Origin: Candidatus Micrarchaeia archaeon
GTDB lineage: Archaea > Micrarchaeota > Micrarchaeia > CAILAH01
Direction: 5' to 3'
DNA length: 64,000 bases
NCBI GenBank assembly: GCA_038874595.1
Contig: JAVZCB010000002.1
Location: 152,715 to 216,714 of the forward strand
Shown: in pieces, positions 48,129 through 57,991 of the stretch
Position numbering within the stretch: the stretch's first letter is position 1
Layout: the number at the start of each line of letters is the position of its first letter
Program-made: the position numbers and the translations under genes
The notes under the pieces: generated by a model
Databases searched by the model: none
Seen by the model: the letters and a program-made list of their open reading frames with translations, nothing else
Told to the model about the DNA's origin: nothing

Positions 48129-48411
48129 ACTCAACTACCCCCAAACACACAAGTTATCGTTGTGTGTTGTCCTCTTTTAAATTTTATTGGTTGCACGACG
48201 GATAAAATAAGAAATAAGAACAAGATACCTACTTTTTCTAATAATTTTGCTTAACCCTTTGAGCTGGCAGTAATCAGCATTTTAACCTCTTATTTTGCCT
48301 TTTTGCGCATTTTAGTCAATTATAATGCACTGGACTCAAGGGTATATAAATAAAAGAGGCCAGATAAACCAAAACCCCAAAAGCGCAGCAAATAACATAA
48401 TGTTTTTTGGA

Positions 48412-49905
48412 TTATGCTATATTTTCAAGCTCTTTTTTAAGTAATTCAACAAGCTCCCTTGCCTTACCCTCACTTTTAGCCTCACCAAAAATCCGTATAT
48501 AATTTTCTGTCCCGCTTGCCCGTGCTATGCACCACCCATCATCAAAATCAAGCCTTACACCATCAATTACAGTTGCATTTTTCATATTTTTTAGCTTCTC
48601 TTGCAGTTTCTTGATTTTCAAAAACCTTTCCTCACCCATCTCAATCTTGGTTTTTACATTTACAAACTTTGGCAGTGCATCCACAACTTCACTCAGCTTC
48701 TTTTTGCTTTTAACGAGCATCCCAGCAATTTTAAGGCTGCTCAGGATTGCATCCTTTCCAGGATGTACTCTTGGCCAGATGATACCACCAACCTCTTCAC
48801 CACCAGTTGCATAGCGGCAAGCCCCTGTTTCTGCTTTTAGTATGCCCTTCTCTGTCTTTATATATCCTTCCATCTCCTCTGCGATATATGGTGCGCCCAC
48901 TTTAACATATTTTACATGTGCACCGTGCCGTGCAGCAACCTCTTTTATGATATTGCTTGTTGCAACAGTTGTTACGACATCTTTTATTTGGTTGTTGGAT
49001 TGCTCGCCACATACCTCTCTTTCCTCTTTCAATTCATTATATATTATATCAACCGCAATTGCAAACACTTTATCCCCAAGCACATAATTTCCCTTCTCAT
49101 CAACAAGTGCAAGCCTGTCACCATCTCCGTCGTAAGCAATCCCTAAATCCGCCCCGACCGCCTTAACGGTCTTGATTAGCTCCTGCACATTCTGCTCTGT
49201 CGGTTCAGAATTTCTTCCCGGGAAGAACCCATCCTCCTGTGCATTGAGTGTAATAACCTTTGCACCGAGCTCCTTGAATAGCGCAGGCGCAACCCTGCCC
49301 GTAGTCCCGTTACCGCAATCAATAACAACTTTCAGGCCGTTAAGTTGATTTTGCCTTTCATGCCCCTGCTTGCCGTCACCCGCCATCCTTGCACTGTTCA
49401 CCGTCTCCAGGCACCCTCTTCTCAACACATCCATATATTCGCCCAGTGCACCACAGTCTTTTAGAACGGGGGGTATCCTATCCCATCTTGTCCTGTACCA
49501 CTTCTCATCAATCAGTATCTTCTCAACCTCTTCCCCCCGCTCTTTTGAAAGTGCCACGCCATTTTCATCATTGAACTTGAGCGCTACCCATTCGGGAGGA
49601 TTGTGCGATGAAGTGATAATTATTGAGGGGGTACCCCTCTTTTTGCTTAAGAACTCAACAGCAGGGGATGGCATTACACCAAGCAAAACCGGCTGTGCGC
49701 CTGCCCACAAAAGCCCACTTACAACAGCGCCTTCAACCAACTCGCCGGTTGTTCTTGTGTCTTTTGCAACCAGCACCTGCAAATACCCTTCCTTTCTATT
49801 TTTATTGGCCCAAGTTGCAAAAGATGCACATAACTTTGCGATAAAATCAGGTGTAATATTATCAAGTGTCCCGCGAACACCATTCGTCCCAAAATAGCTT
49901 ACCAT
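48412..49905 (-). CDS. Phosphohexomutase (PGM/PMM/GlmM family)
   Basis: FGTNGVRG, DTR, TSSHNP, DCGNG, DGDGDR, GGEEVG, DGVR, RASGTE. Confidence 0.92.
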   Translation of the reverse strand: MVSYFGTNGVRGTLDNITPDFIAKLCASFATWANKNRKEGYLQVLVAKDTRTTGELVEGAVVSGLLWAGAQPVLLGVMPSPAVEFLSKKRGTPSIIITSSHNPPEWVALKFNDENGVALSKERGEEVEKILIDEKWYRTRWDRIPPVLKDCGALGEYMDVLRRGCLETVNSARMAGDGKQGHERQNQLNGLKVVIDCGNGTTGRVAPALFKELGAKVITLNAQEDGFFPGRNSEPTEQNVQELIKTVKAVGADLGIAYDGDGDRLALVDEKGNYVLGDKVFAIAVDIIYNELKEEREVCGEQSNNQIKDVVTTVATSNIIKEVAARHGAHVKYVKVGAPYIAEEMEGYIKTEKGILKAETGACRYATGGEEVGGIIWPRVHPGKDAILSSLKIAGMLVKSKKKLSEVVDALPKFVNVKTKIEMGEERFLKIKKLQEKLKNMKNATVIDGVRLDFDDGWCIARASGTENYIRIFGEAKSEGKARELVELLKKELENIA

Positions 49906-49962
49906 ACAATACACGCCGCATTATGTGGCTGGCCATAATATATAATTGGCATTAGGATTTTA

Positions 49963-50115
49963 TTATGGCCCTTCAAAACCGCACTTTTTGCACACATATC
50001 TTACCATATTGCTCTTGCACTGGTTGCATCTGATTATTTTCTCTCCGCATTTTGGGCACTTAATCTCTGTGTAATCCGTGGTGCGTGTGCCGCACGAATC
50101 GCATGTCCGTATCAT
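49963..50115 (-). CDS. Small Zn-ribbon protein (DUF1610/HVO_2753-like), absent from the ORF track
   Basis: Manual translation MIRTCDSCGTRTTDYTEIKCPKCGEKIIRCNQCKSNMVRYVCKKCGFEGP: four CxxC motifs and the conserved CGFEGP end. Confidence 0.9.
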   Translation of the reverse strand: MIRTCDSCGTRTTDYTEIKCPKCGEKIIRCNQCKSNMVRYVCKKCGFEGP

Positions 50116-50169
50116 GGTAGTGTTTAGGCCGAATAACAATTAAAAACCTATTGAATATAAAGGACCTCT

Positions 50170-51453
50170 ATGGAATACTCTTTCAGGGGCAAGTATGGCC
50201 CCGAGCTGGTGCGGCGTGTTGCAGATACAATACACAAAATTGGCTTTCAGGGTGTTGTGGTAATTGCAAGGGATTCAAGGCCTTCAAGCCACGCCCTGGC
50301 ATCCTTAATAGTGTCGGGACTGCTCCAGAATGGTAATATAGTCCACGACATTGGGGTTGTACCTACACCTGTACTTTCATACTACTCAAAACAGCACAGT
50401 TGCCTTGGTGTTATGGTAACAGCCTCACATAATCCGGAAGATGATAATGGCATAAAGATGTTTTTCAATGGCAGTGAAGCATCAAACATCCAGCCTAATC
50501 ATTCAATTAATCCATCATCAAAGATAATCGTGGCAGATGCGGCAGCCGGTTATATTCCAGCTGTTCTCAAATATATTGATACATCAGCGATACAGCGTGT
50601 ACGGCCTAAGGTAGTGGTTGACTGTGGCAACGGCACAGCTGGCGCATTTACACCTCTTATTCTCCGCGCAGCAGGTGCAAGGGTCATAACAGTTGATGCA
50701 GAGATATCCCACCCGTTCTCCCGCAGCCCTGAGCCGGAGTATGATACACTGGCATACCTGCCTGCAATCGTAAGGGAAATGGGTGCGGCGTTTGCGGTTG
50801 CGCACGATGCAGATGCTGATAGGTGTCGCATAGTTACCGCTGATGGAGTTATGCCGCAGGACATCCAGCTGCTCAACATCGCATCAGCCATATGCAAAAA
50901 AGGGGATTTGTTTGTTACCACAGTTGAGGCATCGCAGGCAGTTCTCGATCAGCTTGCAAAAATAGGTATCCGCACAGAGATAACGCCAGTAGGCAGCAAC
51001 CACGTGGCGCGTGCAGCTGCGCGGTATGGTGCAAAATTTGGGGGAGAGCCGTGCGGCGAGTATGTATTCCCGGATTTCCTGCTCTCAGCGGATGGCGTTC
51101 TTTCAGCGCTCGTTTTAACAAAGATATACTGTGAGCTAAAAGGGTTTACAGCGTATAATCAATATCCAATAATACGTGGCAAAATTGCTGTAAGCCCCAA
51201 CATACCAAAATATAAAATAATTGAGAAGGTGAAGGGCGCATTAAGGCAGGTGCCTTCCATAAATATTGTTAGCGAGCAGGATGGCATTCTCTTTAATTAT
51301 GGGGGTGCGCGTGTGCTTGTGAGATGCAGCAACACGCAGGACATAATACGCATCACGTGCGAGCATGCAGATGAAAATAGGGCAAGACAAGCATACGATT
51401 GGATAAAAAAGGTTATTGTTGAAACAACACATAATGGATATGCAATAGAATAA
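50170..51453 (+). CDS. Phosphohexomutase, probable phosphoglucosamine mutase (adjacent to glmU)
   Basis: DSR, TASHNP, DCGNG, DADADR, GGEPCG, RCSNT. Confidence 0.88.
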   Translation: MEYSFRGKYGPELVRRVADTIHKIGFQGVVVIARDSRPSSHALASLIVSGLLQNGNIVHDIGVVPTPVLSYYSKQHSCLGVMVTASHNPEDDNGIKMFFNGSEASNIQPNHSINPSSKIIVADAAAGYIPAVLKYIDTSAIQRVRPKVVVDCGNGTAGAFTPLILRAAGARVITVDAEISHPFSRSPEPEYDTLAYLPAIVREMGAAFAVAHDADADRCRIVTADGVMPQDIQLLNIASAICKKGDLFVTTVEASQAVLDQLAKIGIRTEITPVGSNHVARAAARYGAKFGGEPCGEYVFPDFLLSADGVLSALVLTKIYCELKGFTAYNQYPIIRGKIAVSPNIPKYKIIEKVKGALRQVPSINIVSEQDGILFNYGGARVLVRCSNTQDIIRITCEHADENRARQAYDWIKKVIVETTHNGYAIE

Positions 51454-51479
51454 GCACAATCAACGTACAGGTGTGTTAT

Positions 51480-52748
51480 ATGAAAGGAGTAATACTTGCA
51501 GCGGGAAATAGCACACGATTGCATCCCGTAACTGAGGACATATCTAAATGCATGCTCCCTGTTGGTGGCAGGGCGATAATTGAATATTCACTCGCACATA
51601 TGGAAGCGCTTGGCATCACCGAGATAGGGATAGTTGTTGGGAGCACGCACGCAAATAAAATAAGGGAGTGTTTCGGCAGCTCTTTTGGCAAAGCAAAGCT
51701 GACTTATATTGAGCAGGACAGCAAAACGCGCGGCTCGGCAGCGGCAGTGCTCTCCGCAGTGCCTTTTATAGGCAATGATGATGCGCTTGTTATAGCAGGG
51801 GATATTCTTGCAGAGTTCCAGGATATCAAGGAGGTTGTTGATTTTTATAAGAGGCATAAAGTAGATGCGGTAATGCTCCTTGCAACGGTTGCAGACCCGA
51901 AGAGGTATGGGGTTGTTGAACTGCGCGAGAAGAAAGTTGTTGATATCATAGAGAAGCCAGCACAGCCTAAGAGCAACCTTGCAAATGCGAGTGTGTATGT
52001 TGTTGGCAGGAGATTTATTGAGGAGATAAAGCATGTCCAGCCAAGCCCTCGCGGCGAGCTGGAAATAACAAGCGCGCTTTATGAGCTATGCAACGATGGC
52101 CTTCTTTACGGCATTACTGCAAAGGGGTACTGGAATGATGTTGGCACACCGTGGGACCTGCTTTCTGCAAACGAGCACTTTATGGGGATGGTTAAGAGGA
52201 GCATAAAAGGCACGGTTAAAGACAGCACAATAATAGGTGATGTTGTTATTGAGGAAGGTGCAGAGGTGCTCAATTCATACATTGAGGGCCCATGCTATAT
52301 CTCAAAAGGCGCGGTTATAGGGCCGTTTGCGCATATACGCAAATACACATATATAGGTCCCGGTGTTGAGGTAGGCGGCTTTTCAATAGTAAAGAACTCA
52401 ATAATCCTTGATGGCACCAAAGCGAAGCATCTTTCGTATATAGGTGACAGCATAATCGGCCATAACTGCAACTTTGGTGCATCAACACAGGTTGCAAACT
52501 TGCGTTTTGATAGGAAAACCATACGTATGGCAGTTAATGGCAATGAATATGATACCGGCAGGGTCAAGATGGGGTGTGTTGTAGGGCCGGATGTGAACTT
52601 TGGCGTGAACTGCGTTATTCTCCCGGGCAAGAAGGTTGGTGGCGGCTCAATCATCGGTCCGGGCGCTATTGTTGCAGAAGATGTGCCGCCAAACACGCGC
52701 GTGGTTGTAAGGCAAAATTTAGAGCATACCCAAATAACTAAGGAATAA
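51480..52748 (+). CDS. glmU: Bifunctional sugar-1-phosphate nucleotidylyltransferase/acetyltransferase (archaeal GlmU)
   Basis: LAAG.STRL.P.T, EKP, RGELE.T, W.DVG.PWDLL, hexapeptide repeats, HLSYIGDS, ANLRFD. Confidence 0.9.
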   Translation: MKGVILAAGNSTRLHPVTEDISKCMLPVGGRAIIEYSLAHMEALGITEIGIVVGSTHANKIRECFGSSFGKAKLTYIEQDSKTRGSAAAVLSAVPFIGNDDALVIAGDILAEFQDIKEVVDFYKRHKVDAVMLLATVADPKRYGVVELREKKVVDIIEKPAQPKSNLANASVYVVGRRFIEEIKHVQPSPRGELEITSALYELCNDGLLYGITAKGYWNDVGTPWDLLSANEHFMGMVKRSIKGTVKDSTIIGDVVIEEGAEVLNSYIEGPCYISKGAVIGPFAHIRKYTYIGPGVEVGGFSIVKNSIILDGTKAKHLSYIGDSIIGHNCNFGASTQVANLRFDRKTIRMAVNGNEYDTGRVKMGCVVGPDVNFGVNCVILPGKKVGGGSIIGPGAIVAEDVPPNTRVVVRQNLEHTQITKE

Positions 52749-52838
52749 GCAGGGTTTTAGGGCACGTGTGCATATGCACAAAAGGTTAAATATTTCATTA
52801 TCCTATGTTAAAAGACCAGTGAACCAGAGGTGTAAAAA

Positions 52839-53114
52839 ATGGCAAACGAGAACGTAATCTTTGTTGGGAAGAAGAACATAATGAGCTATGTGCTGGCAGC
52901 GGTTACGCAGTTTAACAGCGGCACAAAAGAGGTTGTAATAAAAGCCAGGGGTAAAGTGATAAGCAGGGCGGTAGACGTCGCTGAAATCGTCAGGAACAGG
53001 TTTGTCAACGATGCAAAGGTAAAAGATGTACGCATAATGACCGAGGAGTTGACAAGCGAGGATGGCTCAACAAGCAAGGTCTCAGCTATTGAGATTACGC
53101 TTGCCAGGCAATAA
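52839..53114 (+). CDS. albA: DNA/RNA-binding protein Alba
   Basis: [30 protein letters not shown]; RBS GAGGTG. Confidence 0.96.
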   Translation: MANENVIFVGKKNIMSYVLAAVTQFNSGTKEVVIKARGKVISRAVDVAEIVRNRFVNDAKVKDVRIMTEELTSEDGSTSKVSAIEITLARQ

Positions 53115-53157
53115 CACATCCCGGGAATATTTGCATTAATACTCAGACGGTGGTTGT

Positions 53158-53625
53158 GTGGTTTTAGATGAGAACGTAAAAAGGATAATAATCAGCAAGC
53201 TGAAAGAATGGGAAGGCGAGACAATAACAGTTGCACGCCTCGGAGAGCTTCGTGAGCTCATAACCAAGAAAACAGGCAAGCATAAGTTTGTCCCGTATAC
53301 AAACATCAGGAAATGGATACGTGATGTAAAGAAGGAAGTTAAGACCGCCGAAAAATTAGAGAAAAATGCTGAAAAGGGCGGTAAACCCCAGCCACCGCAA
53401 GCACAAGTTTCACAGGTCCCAAAGCATACCGGCCCGGTGGTTGTTGCGATGCAGCCCTCTGCAGTTGAAGCAGCTTCAAAATCAGTCATTTCACCATTTG
53501 CTGACCGCGTCTACTTCCAAAACCTGTCTTATGAGCTTACAGCAATGCGCAGGAACCTCGAGAGGATAAGCAAGCAGCTTGATGAGCTTGAGGCGCAACT
53601 CAAAGAAATGAGTGGAAAACAATAA
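53158..53625 (+). CDS. Hypothetical protein (basic N-domain and C-terminal coiled coil)
   Basis: ORF with RBS GGTGG downstream of alba. Confidence 0.6.
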   Translation: MVLDENVKRIIISKLKEWEGETITVARLGELRELITKKTGKHKFVPYTNIRKWIRDVKKEVKTAEKLEKNAEKGGKPQPPQAQVSQVPKHTGPVVVAMQPSAVEAASKSVISPFADRVYFQNLSYELTAMRRNLERISKQLDELEAQLKEMSGKQ

Positions 53626-53722
53626 TCACTTATATTTTGTTTTTATTTAACCGCTTTACTTTATTCAGCTGGAGGCACAACTTTTTATATCTCACGCTGT
53701 GCATCCTTATGATTGCTGTTTT

Positions 53723-56700
53723 TTACCATATCAAGATGATATTCAAGCCGGTATTAAATACGACAGACTCATACCCAGTTTTTGGGTCTTTGTAGAACAG
53801 CAAACTGTTTTTATCTAGATTAATATATGCATTTAAAGTTAATCCAGGTGCGGTCCATCTTGTAAGGTTTACATCTAGGTTAAGGCGATGTTTTTCTTCG
53901 TATGGTGTTAGCCAATAAACATACCCGCCGTGTACAGACCATTCATCAAAATAGCCCCTGCTAAGCGTTTCGCCACCGCCGATTATAAGTGCGAGCTCGT
54001 GCGCCTTCTCACCTTTACCGATTGTGCCGCCCCATCGTGTTTTTGCCTCTTCTTCTGCAATTTGAGTCAGCCACCCTGCACCCGCGTCAAGGAACCCCCC
54101 TAATAAGTAATACCTGCCAATAGCACTTGATTCATATGTTTTTGATTTCGTGCTTCCTTTCTTATCTACCTGCTGGTAGTATGAAATAGGAACAAGCTGC
54201 AGCCGCAGGCCACCATATTCAATAAGAGAGGTTGCACCTATAGCTTGTAGATCACCCATAGAAGTAATCTGTATGGCCGGGCTTATTTTGAGCTCATTGT
54301 CAGTAAGTTTCCAAAGCCATACTTTTGCAGAGCCACCGCCTCCAACAAGTACCCCAGTACCTGGTCCTGTAGTTGCACCAGCAATTTCAAGCTGCAATTT
54401 TCCAAACTTAGCCCCTCCACCAAATAAATTAAGTGAAAGGTCCTTCTGTGCTTTCTCCCATTCTTTACCATTAATATAGTAAAGCCGCACCTGTGTTATC
54501 CTCCCTAATTTGTCCCTCTTTATTTCTGCACCGCCGAATACGCCATTCTTCTCATCTGCACCTTTTTGATAAACCTCAACAACCTTGACATTATTGATAC
54601 CGCCCCATTGCTCAAAGAAATATCTCATCCCTGCTGCCTGTGTCACTCCTGTATATTTTTCATATGCTTGTGCCGCAACTGATGCGGTAATCATAAACGC
54701 CTTATCACTTGCTGCATAATATGTCCTACCAACCCCGCCCGGCCTGATATCCTCCCTCTCACCATACGCTGCAACTATACCCGTACCACCAATTCCAAAA
54801 TACCCCCACGGCCTTACCGCCCTGCTCATTGCACCAAGCCTGAGCGTCTCTGAAGTTGCAGATACGAATGCGTCAGAGTAATACTCATTGCTCTCAGCAA
54901 ACATTAACTCCACAGCAGCGCCCTTTTCAGCCTTTTCACCTATAAGTTTCTCTTTTGTGAGCTGCGGCCTTGCCCCAATGGATTCTTTTCGTGTTATGGG
55001 CTCGCCAGTGGTTGTTTGTGTCGCCGGTGCCGGCTCCTTAAATAAAATCTCACCATTGTAATTATTTGCAAACTCCGGGTTTATGTATAGAATGCCAGCC
55101 CAAATCTTGTTTTTGTTTGGCTGGTATGACATAACACCAGCACCCTTATCAGGGCCGGCTTGCTTATGCTCATATCTTACACCGGCACCTGCTTTTCCGT
55201 ACTCCATCGCAACGCCTACACCCTGGAACATCTTTTCCTTTTCACCGAACAAGTCCTTATCAAAGAACAAAACAGCCGCACCCTCCTGCCGTGTGCTGAA
55301 GTTCTTTGCCTTGTCCCACTGCTGGTGCCATACCCCATACATCTGCTGTGCCTCACGAGGTGTTATCTCAAATGTTCCTGCGTAAACCCACACGCCATCC
55401 TGCTTCCTGAATACCTCTGCGTTCATACCCCTGTGCTCTATATCCCCTCCTTTTTCAATTGACTCGTAATCAAAAACAACAGCAGTCACTGCACCACCGG
55501 GAGCAAGATGCTCAAACGAGAGTTCAGCAAACTTATCAGCACTAACACGTTGTGTCTGAGTTTCCTTTACACCCTTACTCATTATTTGTTGTTGGGTTGT
55601 TTCCTGGCGGGTTACATTATAATATAACCTTCCATCCTTGAACACACCTCCCCCAGGTATGTTTCCCACATTTAAATCTGCAGTAAACCTGTCACTTATA
55701 TTTTCTGTGATTTCAGGCCCTTCCTTCCCTAAGCCTACCTTGTTGCTCACAGTACCCTTCTCATAAGTTATCTCTGTAGCTTCCGCTTTCATGCCAGGAC
55801 CGTATGCACCGCCCCTCCCACTAATTTTGTATTGCTCCAGTGCGCTCTTGTCAGGCCCAGCAAATGTACTGTATGAGTTCCCGCTCCCTTCAAGGCCAAG
55901 CATCCCAACATCCAACTCGCCAAGCTTTGGCACATTAGTTGGTGCAAGCGCGTACAAGTCAAGATCAAAGTTAATTACAGAAATATCCATCTCAGGCTCA
56001 GTTATATTAAGTTGCACTATTGGCCCCATCGTTTTCATATATGCCTGCTCAAAATTTTGCATAAGTGCAAGCGGCCCGGCAAATAAGTTAGGATACTGCC
56101 GTATCACAAGCGAAGCCCTTTCATCAAATGTTGAGCCTTCCGCAGCATTCAGCTTTTCAATTGCAGCAGTCAAATCCTGGTTTTCAAAAAGCGTGAGGTA
56201 CCTGTTAATTGCTATCTGTGCCGCAGGATTAAACAAGTCGAAATATTCCTTACCGCCCGGCTGGCCTATCTTTGCAGTCTTTGGAGTTTCACGCGTCCTC
56301 TCCCACACCCTATAAATGTTCCACATCAGGATGGCACTCAGCTTTGTATCAAGCTCGCTCACGTACCTGTTCAACCCATCCAGGTCCCGCGCATTATTGA
56401 ACAGGTTCATGTAAGACCCAGTGTATATCATTATCTTTGGAATATCCACTGCGTCGAAGTTTCTTAGTATCCGCTCAGCATATTGTGATATGAACAACGG
56501 CGCATAATTATCCGGCATGCTCCTTGCTCCAAGGATGAGTGCAGCCAGCTTTTCATTGCCGGGTTTAACCTTCTCATTAATCTCAAGAATTTCCTTCTGT
56601 GTCCTTAAGTCCAGCGCATTAAAAGTTGACCATACGATAGAGCCATCTAAATCCTTATACTGGCTTTTTAGGTTTTTATCCGTCGAATACCACGAGCTAA

Positions 56701-57928
56701 AACTATCATAAAGCCGCTGTTTTCTTGCAAGGAATTCTTTATCTTTTGCAATCTCTGTGATATTTGTTAGGTAATTACCTTTCTCCCCCTCAAAAGAATA
56801 CCCCTTCATAAGCCGCTCCTTGATAGATTTTCCGTAAGACCCATACTTTTCAAGCCCATCTAGCTTTTCCCTTATCGCAGTTTCCCGCAGTGCCAGGCTT
56901 TGGGTATACGCTGAAACTTCACTTATACCCTTTAAGGATTCACTGTATCCTATTATCTCTGCCCTGATTGCTTTTACACTGGTGGCAAGCCCCTTTATTT
57001 TACCAATCTCCTGATTGAAGTTCAGCTCGTTATACTCTCCCTTAAAACCAAGTTCTTTCAGGAACCCTTGAATATACGCATCGCGCTCTTTACCGCTAAG
57101 TTTTGATATAACAATCATCACCTGGTCGCATTTTCCATCCAGGTATTGCACCCAGTACTCTCCGATGTAATACGTGTACGGCTTGTTCTCCCTCTCGCCT
57201 TTCAACAGTTCAAGGATCTTTTCAGCATCCTTTTTGCCCTGCTCCCTCCTCTTGGCCAGCGTCTTTTCCAGCTCCTCTGCCGGTATCTGGCGTGGTGAAG
57301 GCGGTGACGGGATATGGCCATATTCAAATTCAGGAAGTTCACCAACAGCCTTTTTAGGAGTAACACGTTGAGGAACTGCCTCTTTCATCTGCTTAGGTAT
57401 CCTTTCTGATGCATTTTTAACAAGCGATTTTGCATCTTTCAGGAAGTTGTCTGGAGTTGCAACACCTTCTCTAATATCTTTCTGTAAGACAGCATAAACG
57501 TAAAGCAATCGCTTACCAAGGTAATTATCTTCATTGTTTTTTAGGTATTCCTTTTGCTCTTCTGTTAAATATTTAACACCCTCAATTTTAAGCCATTCTT
57601 CACGCGTTATTTTCTTATCACCATACACTCTCTTCTTATCCATGTATTTCCTGTCTTCTTCCAATCCCTTATAGCCTGTTGTGTAAGCCTTATCTATAAT
57701 TTTACTAAGCTCCTCTGAAACATTTTTCCTTGCATCTTCTCTGCTAACTTCTGTTTTTTGCGCCACCATAATATCTCCACCTTTATCATTATCTTTCATT
57801 CTTTTTATTTCTTTCCATATAGGTGAAGTGTCATTACGTATGCTGTTCGAGTATACAGGCGGCGCAATAAGCAATTGCCCTGCAACCAGCACAGCAGAAA
57901 TTGTTCTCTTTAGATTGTAGCTTTTCAT
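53723..57928 (-). CDS. 1401-aa secreted protein: helical N-half and predicted beta-barrel C-half
   Basis: Signal peptide MKSYNLKRTISAVLVAGQLLIA; the C-terminal ~700 aa consist of Gly/aromatic amphipathic strands; ends FNTGLNIILIW. Confidence 0.75.
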   Translation of the reverse strand: MKSYNLKRTISAVLVAGQLLIAPPVYSNSIRNDTSPIWKEIKRMKDNDKGGDIMVAQKTEVSREDARKNVSEELSKIIDKAYTTGYKGLEEDRKYMDKKRVYGDKKITREEWLKIEGVKYLTEEQKEYLKNNEDNYLGKRLLYVYAVLQKDIREGVATPDNFLKDAKSLVKNASERIPKQMKEAVPQRVTPKKAVGELPEFEYGHIPSPPSPRQIPAEELEKTLAKRREQGKKDAEKILELLKGERENKPYTYYIGEYWVQYLDGKCDQVMIVISKLSGKERDAYIQGFLKELGFKGEYNELNFNQEIGKIKGLATSVKAIRAEIIGYSESLKGISEVSAYTQSLALRETAIREKLDGLEKYGSYGKSIKERLMKGYSFEGEKGNYLTNITEIAKDKEFLARKQRLYDSFSSWYSTDKNLKSQYKDLDGSIVWSTFNALDLRTQKEILEINEKVKPGNEKLAALILGARSMPDNYAPLFISQYAERILRNFDAVDIPKIMIYTGSYMNLFNNARDLDGLNRYVSELDTKLSAILMWNIYRVWERTRETPKTAKIGQPGGKEYFDLFNPAAQIAINRYLTLFENQDLTAAIEKLNAAEGSTFDERASLVIRQYPNLFAGPLALMQNFEQAYMKTMGPIVQLNITEPEMDISVINFDLDLYALAPTNVPKLGELDVGMLGLEGSGNSYSTFAGPDKSALEQYKISGRGGAYGPGMKAEATEITYEKGTVSNKVGLGKEGPEITENISDRFTADLNVGNIPGGGVFKDGRLYYNVTRQETTQQQIMSKGVKETQTQRVSADKFAELSFEHLAPGGAVTAVVFDYESIEKGGDIEHRGMNAEVFRKQDGVWVYAGTFEITPREAQQMYGVWHQQWDKAKNFSTRQEGAAVLFFDKDLFGEKEKMFQGVGVAMEYGKAGAGVRYEHKQAGPDKGAGVMSYQPNKNKIWAGILYINPEFANNYNGEILFKEPAPATQTTTGEPITRKESIGARPQLTKEKLIGEKAEKGAAVELMFAESNEYYSDAFVSATSETLRLGAMSRAVRPWGYFGIGGTGIVAAYGEREDIRPGGVGRTYYAASDKAFMITASVAAQAYEKYTGVTQAAGMRYFFEQWGGINNVKVVEVYQKGADEKNGVFGGAEIKRDKLGRITQVRLYYINGKEWEKAQKDLSLNLFGGGAKFGKLQLEIAGATTGPGTGVLVGGGGSAKVWLWKLTDNELKISPAIQITSMGDLQAIGATSLIEYGGLRLQLVPISYYQQVDKKGSTKSKTYESSAIGRYYLLGGFLDAGAGWLTQIAEEEAKTRWGGTIGKGEKAHELALIIGGGETLSRGYFDEWSVHGGYVYWLTPYEEKHRLNLDVNLTRWTAPGLTLNAYINLDKNSLLFYKDPKTGYESVVFNTGLNIILIW

Positions 57929-57991
57929 AGGGCTTTAAATTGGCATATAAATAGGAATAAAAATATTATGGAAAATACAAAAAAGATTTTA

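Noticed and set aside
48135-48411. Possible ncRNA or small ORF between the histone and phosphohexomutase genes
   Set aside because: Only very short ORFs and one weak hairpin; no recognisable RNA family.
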